Source: Candidatus Asbonarchaeum danakilense (lineage in GTDB: Archaea; Nanohalarchaeota; Nanosalinia; Nanosalinales; Nanoanaerosalinaceae). From it: a stretch of 17,361 bases of DNA. Position numbers and translations under genes: made by a program. The notes beneath the pieces were generated by a model, which saw only the letters and a list, made by a program, of their open reading frames with translations, had not been told where the DNA came from and searched no databases. This document shows positions 6,766 through 13,463 of the stretch, in pieces (the stretch's first letter is position 1; each line of letters starts with the position of its first letter). Location of the stretch: positions 1-17,361 of the forward strand of contig JAXINV010000077.1 in assembly GCA_034190465.1 (NCBI GenBank), written 5' to 3'.

Positions 6766-6887
6766 GTCCGGGGGATGAGGATGCTGCTGCCATACGGGCG
6801 GCACACCACTGCCATGGGGAATGCACCACGCCGCCCAGCATCACTCGGGGGAAGCCAACCAAGTTCCCCCGGACCTTCTTCCTTCTC
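6766..6887 (+). ncRNA. Structured RNA domain / possible terminator-antiterminator upstream of the HAD gene
   Basis: GTCCGGGGGA 6766-75/TCCCCCGGAC 6865-74 (10 bp); GATGCT 6780-85/AGCATC 6837-42; GGGCGGC 6796-6802/GCCGCCC 6830-36; alternative CGGGGGAA 6846-53/TTCCCCCG 6864-71; then a pyrimidine tract. Confidence 0.55.
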
Positions 6888-6926
6888 ACCGACAGCCACA
6901 AAAACGTTGCCCGCAACAGTCGCCGC

Positions 6927-7616
6927 ATGGGCGAGGTCTACACCTTCGACCTGGACGACACCCTGCGGTACACCCAGGAAGAGGAATACGACGCCACCAG
7001 GTACGCCTTCGCCGACTGGCTGGCACACAACCACGACATCGACCGCCAGGACGCGATCGAGACACAGGCAGACCACAGCAGCGACCTCTACCCCGACATG
7101 GGGCTGTCACGACACCGGTTCCCGCAGGCCTGCCGCGAGGCATACGATGAACTCGTCGAGGAACCAGTCGACTACGAGCGGGAGATCGCATGGGAGATCG
7201 GGCGGCAGGCGTTCGGCGACGAGGACTACTACGCGCAGCAAGGCCTCGTCCACGGCGCGGAAGACGTGCTGGACGAGCTGGCGGAGCAGGCCGACACGCT
7301 GGTCCTCATCACCGCCGGCGACCCGATCATCCAAGAACGGAAGATCGCGGGGCTAGCCCTGGACCGCTGGTTCGACGAGACACGTATCACCGACGACAAG
7401 GCCGAAGCCCTGGACGAGATCGCCAGGGAGAGGGACGTAGCACGGTCCGACATCTACCATGTCGGCAACTCGGAGAACAGCGACGTGCAGGCAGCACAGG
7501 AAGCAGGCGTCAACGCTGTCCACATCCTTGGCGGGAGCTGGGAGAAAGATACAGCTACTATCAGCGATGGAGATGTGGCACAGATCAGGGATCTCGCCGA
7601 ACTGCTACAGATCTGA
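6927..7616 (+). CDS. HAD-superfamily hydrolase (subfamily IA-like phosphatase/nucleotidase)
   Basis: Motif I FDLDDTL right after ATG 6927, motif II LITAG, Lys in DDK, motif IV HVGNSENSDVQAA..AGV. The upstream extension to 6540 in the ORF track is not credible. Confidence 0.9.
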   Translation: MGEVYTFDLDDTLRYTQEEEYDATRYAFADWLAHNHDIDRQDAIETQADHSSDLYPDMGLSRHRFPQACREAYDELVEEPVDYEREIAWEIGRQAFGDEDYYAQQGLVHGAEDVLDELAEQADTLVLITAGDPIIQERKIAGLALDRWFDETRITDDKAEALDEIARERDVARSDIYHVGNSENSDVQAAQEAGVNAVHILGGSWEKDTATISDGDVAQIRDLAELLQI

Positions 7617-7937
7617 TCACAGCTTCTTGTTGATCCACTGCTTCAGCGTCTTGCGATCCTTGTTGGCCTTCTCGGCCTCGAGCAGCTTTTCATAGTCCAC
7701 GTCCATGTCCTCGACCTTGGACTTGATCTCCTTGATGGTGTGGCTCACGAGTTCGTCGTAGTCGACGGCGGGTTCACTGGTCTCCTCCGACGTCTCGACC
7801 TCGTGTTCATGCTCATGGATACGGAGCTCTGCCTCTGTTTCGAATTCCTTGCCACACGCATCGCACTCGAAAGATCCATCGTCCTGGCCGCGGTCCTCAC
7901 CGCCGCCGAGGCCGAGCAATCGCTTCAGGAACTTCAT
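7617..7937 (-). CDS. Small protein with a C2H2-type Zn finger and a C-terminal helical domain
   Basis: FECDACGKEFETEAELRIHEHEH, then DYDELVSHTIKEIK...LLEAEKANKDRKTLKQWI. TATA-like TTTATGAA lies about 25 nt upstream on the - strand. Confidence 0.85.
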   Translation of the reverse strand: MKFLKRLLGLGGGEDRGQDDGSFECDACGKEFETEAELRIHEHEHEVETSEETSEPAVDYDELVSHTIKEIKSKVEDMDVDYEKLLEAEKANKDRKTLKQWINKKL

Positions 7938-7977
7938 ACCCCATACTTAGCCGGACTGATTCATAAATCCTACTCCC

Positions 7978-8001
7978 GGAAAAAAGGAAAAACGGAAGAA
8001 A
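7978..8001 (-). terminator. T-rich tract on the - strand (putative terminator)
   Basis: The - strand reads tttcttccgtttttccttttttcc, downstream of the AglB-like gene. Confidence 0.5.
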
Positions 8002-8074
8002 CGACAGCTGAACGTCAGACGACATCGACCGGGCGTCGACCAAGGTATCCGTCCGGACAATTTATATCCTGCGG

Positions 8075-9148
8075 TCACTGCCGCTCCAGCTCGTACACCT
8101 GCAGACCCCGGGTCGTATAGACGTCCTCCAGCCGCTCGAACCCGTGCTCATCCATGAAGAACAGGCGGACGAACGCCGCATCCATCGCCCCCTCCGGGAC
8201 ATAGACCAGCTTCCTGTAGTGTGTACCGGGACGGAAGGCAAAACAACCCTGGAACGCCGCATCAGAAACGTTGAACGTCCGGACACCGCGCTCCGTGCAG
8301 TAATGCTTGATATGAGTCTTCGCACTCCGCGTGTAGACGTTCGGCGCCCCGACGACCTTGACGCCCTGTCCCAGCGAGACCACCGGCACGTTGATCTGGA
8401 TGCCGCGACCGTTGTACTTGAGGTACGTCGTCCCGTTCCGCTCAGCCAGGACGCACGAACCGTTCCGCGACACACAGCCGTAACTGGCGATCGAAGTCAC
8501 CGGAGTAGTACTGTTATGCGCCACCATCGAGATTGCAGTGTACTTGGCAGTATCCTGCGCCGTCAGGATGAGATAGTCCACCCCGTACTGCTGCATCGTG
8601 TCCACAACCTCCTGCGAGCTGTTCGAGACGAACAGGCGGGCCAGGTCCCTGATCTTGGAAGCGTTGGCGAGTTCACCGCGCGACGTGTTCCAGCCGCCAC
8701 TGCTGTCACTCACCGTATACCGGTACGCCCACGCCGAAGGCGTGAAAGCGACGACCGACCTGTTCGCGTAGCCGCGGATCGCAGGCCCGTAGTCCCACCA
8801 TGCCGCGACCGTCGCGTTGGCCGGGCTGTTCACCCTGAGCCAGTCCAGCGCCGGCTTCACCTCCCGGATGAACGGGCCGACGTACTGCCGTCCGCTCCAG
8901 TTGTAGACGATCTGCGGGTACCGGATACCGTCGTCAGGATAGTTCTCACCCGTCCGCTTGATCATCCGTATCGTGGTGCCGTTGACGGTCCGGGTCTCCA
9001 GCACCGTGACCGACGGCCCGTCACCACTGCTGACATCAACCTTGACCTTCGGCGCCACGAGCAGTATCGCAACGACGCCGATGACCGCGAGCATCACGAT
9101 GACAAGTTTCTCCAGTCCCGGTTCAGGCAAGAACTCGTACGGGTCCAT
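8075..9148 (-). CDS. Single-TM protein carrying only the C-terminal soluble domain of oligosaccharyltransferase AglB/STT3
   Basis: ALDWLRVNSPANATVAAWWDYG....ANR (WWDYG motif), YGVDYL and DTAKYTAI (DK motif). It has one N-terminal hydrophobic helix. ATTTAAAT at 9174-9181 is a likely promoter. Confidence 0.85.
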   Translation of the reverse strand: MDPYEFLPEPGLEKLVIVMLAVIGVVAILLVAPKVKVDVSSGDGPSVTVLETRTVNGTTIRMIKRTGENYPDDGIRYPQIVYNWSGRQYVGPFIREVKPALDWLRVNSPANATVAAWWDYGPAIRGYANRSVVAFTPSAWAYRYTVSDSSGGWNTSRGELANASKIRDLARLFVSNSSQEVVDTMQQYGVDYLILTAQDTAKYTAISMVAHNSTTPVTSIASYGCVSRNGSCVLAERNGTTYLKYNGRGIQINVPVVSLGQGVKVVGAPNVYTRSAKTHIKHYCTERGVRTFNVSDAAFQGCFAFRPGTHYRKLVYVPEGAMDAAFVRLFFMDEHGFERLEDVYTTRGLQVYELERQ

Positions 9149-9188
9149 ACACCGCAGAAATCGGGGGCAACGGATTTAAATCCCGGGC

Positions 9189-9854
9189 CTAGAACAGGTT
9201 GCGGAGCCGGTCCACGTACTTCTTCCCGACTTCCTTCGTCGCGTCCTTGACCCCCGTGGTCTGGCCGGGAACGTAGTCGTTCATCTCCTCGTAGGCGCTG
9301 GCGCTGTCCGGGTCGTAGCCCTCCCAGTCCGACTCGTCCAGCACATTGTCCGAGTCATCCACGAGCTGGACCTTGTACTGGTGGTCGTCCGGCCCGAACA
9401 GCTCGATATCCTCCAGCGACGGACCGCTGAGCCGCACCGTGTCCGGGCCGACGTTCGCTGCGTACATCTCATCGGTACCGTCCTGCATGTGGTAGACATC
9501 GCTGGCACCGCTGACAGACGAAAAGCCGCCACCGCTGATCGCCGCATCGATGTCGAACGACGCAACCTCCTCGTTCTCCAGCGGCACGTCGAAGCTTCCC
9601 TGGTCGATGAAGTAGTTCCCACTGCTGTCGGCCTTGTCGTACTCTCCCCCGACGATCCGGACCTCCGCGACGCCGTCGCTCAGCATCTCGGACAGATCGC
9701 CACCCTCGACCGTGACATCGTACTCCATCTCCGCGGCCTCATCCATCCAGTCCAGTTCAACCGCCGCTCTTGTCAGCAGGTCATCATAGACAGCGAAGTT
9801 GTCATCGTCAACCGCGAAGTCCAGGTCGAAATCGTATTTGTTGAGCAGCGTCAT
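9189..9854 (-). CDS. Very acidic hypothetical protein
   Basis: 221-aa Asp/Glu-rich ORF with native-looking codon usage and an AT-rich upstream region. No family recognised. Confidence 0.8.
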   Translation of the reverse strand: MTLLNKYDFDLDFAVDDDNFAVYDDLLTRAAVELDWMDEAAEMEYDVTVEGGDLSEMLSDGVAEVRIVGGEYDKADSSGNYFIDQGSFDVPLENEEVASFDIDAAISGGGFSSVSGASDVYHMQDGTDEMYAANVGPDTVRLSGPSLEDIELFGPDDHQYKVQLVDDSDNVLDESDWEGYDPDSASAYEEMNDYVPGQTTGVKDATKEVGKKYVDRLRNLF

Positions 9855-9919
9855 GAAGGGAAGCCACCAGTGTTGTTACTTTATAGTGGTTACTTAAAAA
9901 CATTGTGGTGCGACCAACC

Positions 9920-9978
9920 TTTAAAAAGCTCTGCGCAGACTGTACGGACAGCCGGGCAGGGCCGGTTCTTGCGAGGTG
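9920..9978 (+). promoter_or_regulatory. TATA (TTTAAAAA 9920-9927) and SD (GAGGTG 9973-9978) of infB
   Basis: Consensus matches. The SD lies 6 nt before ATG 9985. Confidence 0.65.
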
Positions 9979-9984
9979 GCAGCG

Positions 9985-11772
9985 ATGACAGAGGACAGGA
10001 AACTCCGGCAACCGATCGTCTCCGTGCTCGGGCACGTCGATTCGGGTAAGACAACACTTCTCGACCACATCAGACAGTCGACGGTCGCGCAGAAAGAGGC
10101 CGGAAGCATCACACAGATGATCGGCGCCACCGAGGTCCCGACCAACACAATCGAAACATTCTGCGGCGACCTCCTCGACCAGCTCGACACCGAACTCACC
10201 ATCCCAGGGTTGCTGTTTATCGACACCCCGGGCCACGCCGCGTTCACCTCACTGAGGAAACGGGGCGGCTCACTGTCCGACCTCGCCATCCTCGTCGTCG
10301 ACATCCAGGACGGCGTCCAACCACAGACTGAGGAAGCCATACAGATACTCAAAGAATCCGAGACACCGTTCGTCATCGCACTCAACAAGATCGACACCCT
10401 CCCGGGTTGGCAATCAGAACAGAATGCCTGCTGGAAACAGAACCTGGCCAGTCAGCGGAGCAAGCTCCAGAAACAGCTCAACGAAAAGATATACGAGATC
10501 ATGGGCGAGCTGCACGACCAGGGTATCACCTGCGAACGGTACGACCGCGTCGACAGCTTCCAGCAGAAGGTGGCCGTCGTCCCCTGCTCAGCAGAGACAG
10601 GTGAAGGCATCCCAGACCTCATGATGGTCATGGCCGGCCTCTCCCAGCGCTACCTCGACGATGACCTCAAGGTCGTCGGCGGCACCGGCCAGGGCACCGT
10701 ACTCGAGGTCAACGAGGTCAAGGGCTTCGGCACCACCATCGACGTCATCCTGTACGACGGCATCCTGAAGAAGGACGATAAACTCATCGTCGGCGGCAAG
10801 AACGGCGTCATCGTCCGCGACATCAAGGCCATCCTCAAGACCCAGCCCCTCACCGAGATGCGGAGAGAGAAGGACTTCGACAAGCTCGAAGAGGCCGTTC
10901 CCGCCGCCGGCGTCAAGATCGCCGCACAGGACCTCGACGACGTCATGGCCGGCGCACCGGTCAGGGCCGTGCGGAGCGGCGACGAGGAAGCGCTCGACGA
11001 GGCCAGACAGGCGGTCAGGGAGGAACTCAAGGACTTCGACATCCAGACCCTGCCCGAAGGCGTCGTCGTCAAGGCCGACTCGCTCGGCAGCCTGGAGGCA
11101 GTCTCCAAGACGTTCGCCGATGAAGACATCCCCATAGCCAAGGCAGAGGTCGGCAAGATCACGAAGCAGGACATACTCGAACTCGAAGGGTCAGATCCCG
11201 AGCACAAGGTCGTGTTCGGGTTCAACACCGGTACGACAGGCGCGACGGACGACATGCTGACCCAGCGGGACGACGTCAAGGTCTTCACCTCCGACATCAT
11301 CTACGAACTCGTCGACCGGTACAAAGGCTGGCGGCAGGAGGTCGAACGGCGACAGCGCGAGAAGGCACTCTCCAAGGTCGCACGGCCCGGAAGGTTCCGT
11401 ATCATGCCGGACCACGTCTTCCGCGCCTCCAACCCGGCGGTCGTCGGCGTCGAGATCCTGGAAGGCGCTGTCTCACCCGGATCGAAGTTCATGACCGACG
11501 ACGGCGAGGTGCTCGGCCGAATCAAGTCCGTCCAGGAGGACGGCGAATCCATCGACCTCGCCACAAAGGGCGACGAGGTGGCACTCTCCCTGACCAACGT
11601 CCAGGTCGGGCGCCAGGTCGTGGAAGGTGAGAGCTTCTACACCGACATCCCGTCCAACGACTACAGGGCACTCCAGGAGCTCGAGGAACACCTTTCACAG
11701 GACGAGCTCAACGTCCTCGAGAAGATCGTCGACATCAAGGATCAGAAAGATCCGAGGTGGAAGCTCAGCTAG
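9985..11772 (+). CDS. infB: Translation initiation factor aIF5B (IF-2)
   Basis: LRQPIVSVLGHVDSGKTTLLD, ITQMIGA, IDTPGH, NKID, CSAETGEG, KADSLGSLEA and FRASNPAVVGV. No intein visible. Confidence 0.97.
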   Translation: MTEDRKLRQPIVSVLGHVDSGKTTLLDHIRQSTVAQKEAGSITQMIGATEVPTNTIETFCGDLLDQLDTELTIPGLLFIDTPGHAAFTSLRKRGGSLSDLAILVVDIQDGVQPQTEEAIQILKESETPFVIALNKIDTLPGWQSEQNACWKQNLASQRSKLQKQLNEKIYEIMGELHDQGITCERYDRVDSFQQKVAVVPCSAETGEGIPDLMMVMAGLSQRYLDDDLKVVGGTGQGTVLEVNEVKGFGTTIDVILYDGILKKDDKLIVGGKNGVIVRDIKAILKTQPLTEMRREKDFDKLEEAVPAAGVKIAAQDLDDVMAGAPVRAVRSGDEEALDEARQAVREELKDFDIQTLPEGVVVKADSLGSLEAVSKTFADEDIPIAKAEVGKITKQDILELEGSDPEHKVVFGFNTGTTGATDDMLTQRDDVKVFTSDIIYELVDRYKGWRQEVERRQREKALSKVARPGRFRIMPDHVFRASNPAVVGVEILEGAVSPGSKFMTDDGEVLGRIKSVQEDGESIDLATKGDEVALSLTNVQVGRQVVEGESFYTDIPSNDYRALQELEEHLSQDELNVLEKIVDIKDQKDPRWKLS

Positions 11773-11773
11773 C

Positions 11774-12496
11774 ATGGATCGGAACACACTCATCATCAGC
11801 CATCTCGCCGTTCTCATCGTAGGTTTCTGGATCGCAGGAGCCCTCCCACAGGCACAGGGACCGACGGAGACCATCGCAGGGACGCGGGAGGCCTCCGCAC
11901 CGATCGTCGCCGTCGCTGAGCATGGTGGCGGAGTACTGGGGAACGTCACCGTCACGATCCAGCCCGGCAGCGGCAAGGTCCTGCTCGACACCGACCCGTT
12001 CATCCAGACAGACACCCAGGTCTCGGCCAAGACCGCGAAGAACATCGCAGAACGTATAACCGGCGTCAGCCTGGCGAACAAGAACGTCCTGTACAGCTTC
12101 AGCATCGAAGGGAGCTACCTCGGCGGACCGTCCGCAGGCGCCGCCATGACCCTCGCCACCATCGCCGCCATCCGGAACCAGACCGTGCCCAGGGACACCG
12201 TCATCACCGGCACCATCCGGCCCGACGGCCTCATCGGCAAGGTCGGCGGCATCGTGCACAAGGCGTTCGCAGCGGGTCGCGCCGGCATAGAGACGTTCTA
12301 CGTGCCCGAGGGCCAGGCAACGATAACGACCTATGAGCGCGTCGTCAGCGAACATGAGTACCGTGGCTTCTACTTCCAGGATGTCCAGTACGTCCCGCGG
12401 CAGATCTCGCTGGACAACGTGACACTGCAGCGGTTCGGGATGCATGTCACCGGCGTCCGCTCCATCCGCAACGTGGCGGCGCATGTCCTCGGCTGA
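11774..12496 (+). CDS. Membrane-anchored/secreted Lon-like S16 serine protease domain (no ATPase)
   Basis: N-terminal hydrophobic helix, GGPSAG catalytic Ser, TGTI.PDG.IGKVGG, and Lys exactly 43 residues after the Ser as in Lon. ATG lies 1 nt after the infB stop. Confidence 0.9.
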   Translation: MDRNTLIISHLAVLIVGFWIAGALPQAQGPTETIAGTREASAPIVAVAEHGGGVLGNVTVTIQPGSGKVLLDTDPFIQTDTQVSAKTAKNIAERITGVSLANKNVLYSFSIEGSYLGGPSAGAAMTLATIAAIRNQTVPRDTVITGTIRPDGLIGKVGGIVHKAFAAGRAGIETFYVPEGQATITTYERVVSEHEYRGFYFQDVQYVPRQISLDNVTLQRFGMHVTGVRSIRNVAAHVLG

Positions 12497-12554
12497 CAGC
12501 CGCCCGACGTTACCATTCTAAAGTTATAAAAAAATAGGCGGGAAGAGAAAATGT

Positions 12555-12725
12555 ATGTCCGCGTTCCACGCCATGTCCGCCAGCATCGCAGGCCTGTTCG
12601 CGATCATCGTCGCCAAGTCGGTGCAGTGGTGGGACATGCCCGAGACCATTACACTGACACCAGAAAGCATCATACTCGGCCTGCTGCTCCTGCTCGTCGG
12701 CTTCGTCGGCGTCCAGGCGCTCTAG
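12555..12725 (+). CDS. 56-aa two-TM small membrane protein (absent from the ORF track)
   Basis: MSAFHAMSASIAGLFAIIVAKSVQWWDMPETITLTPESIILGLLLLLVGFVGVQAL*. TTATAAAA at 12524-12531 is at leaderless spacing. Its stop overlaps the trkA stop. Confidence 0.7.
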   Translation: MSAFHAMSASIAGLFAIIVAKSVQWWDMPETITLTPESIILGLLLLLVGFVGVQAL

Positions 12726-13378
12726 CCCAGCACCTTGTTCAGCGCCTTCTTCGCATCCGGGTCGATGATGACGATGACGGAGTCCCCCTGCTCCAGGCGG
12801 AACGTATCTTCAGGATCATGGACATCATCCTCGCGGAGCACAGCGGCGAACTCGACCTTCTCCCCCGGGAACTTCTTCAGGTTCCGGACCTCATCGATGC
12901 GGAGACCCTTCAGCCGTGAGCCCTCATCCACAATGACCTCCAGGATCTCCCTGTCACGGCCGACGTTCGCGATCTTCCGGATCGCCGGGTGCTCGATGAC
13001 CGACATGAACTCCGCGTAGACGATGTCCGTGTACTCGATCGTGTTGACCTCCATCATGTTGTAAACCTCCATGTACTGGGGGTTCTCCACACGGGCCACG
13101 ATCTTCGGCACACCGTACTTCTTGCCTAGCATCGAGATGATCATGTTCTCGTTCGCATCCTCCAGCGTCGTGACCAGCACATCAGCCTTCGAGATGCCGG
13201 CATCCTCAAGAACAGAAAGTTGAGATGGTGGACCCGTGACGACCGTCGCACCACTCGACGCATAGACACGTTCCGCCTTCGCCTCATTCTCCTCGACCAC
13301 CACAAGATCATGGTTCTTCGCAAGGTCCTCGATGAGGCGCTTTGAGATCGTGTTGATGCCAGCGACGATGATATACAT
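12722..13378 (-). CDS. trkA: TrkA/KtrA-family K+ uptake regulatory subunit (RCK-N + RCK-C)
   Basis: MYIIVAG Rossmann start, LEDAGISKADV, N...S.LGK.YGVPKIVARV, and C-terminal LRED...P.DTFRLEQGD. The GxGxxG motif is degenerate (GINTIS). Confidence 0.9.
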   Translation of the reverse strand: MYIIVAGINTISKRLIEDLAKNHDLVVVEENEAKAERVYASSGATVVTGPPSQLSVLEDAGISKADVLVTTLEDANENMIISMLGKKYGVPKIVARVENPQYMEVYNMMEVNTIEYTDIVYAEFMSVIEHPAIRKIANVGRDREILEVIVDEGSRLKGLRIDEVRNLKKFPGEKVEFAAVLREDDVHDPEDTFRLEQGDSVIVIIDPDAKKALNKVLG

Positions 13379-13463
13379 ACAACCGGGTAATGCGGGCGGC
13401 TGATTTAAACCACTAACGGCCCGCTCACAAAGCTTTTAAGCCAACAACCACCACCGTATCTCC

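Noticed and set aside
6400..6887. RNase P RNA on the - strand (GAAGAAGGTCCGGGG and GGCTTATC resemble the conserved ends)
   Set aside because: Mismatches in the GAGGAAAGUCC core, no ACAGAA before GGCTTA, and the P4 pairing cannot be formed.
6540..6926. 129-codon N-terminal extension of the HAD ORF
   Set aside because: HAD motif I normally sits at the N-terminus. The extension is non-acidic and overlaps structured RNA.
11627..11773. N-terminal extension of the Lon-like protease
   Set aside because: It lies inside infB in another frame. The signal helix follows ATG 11774.
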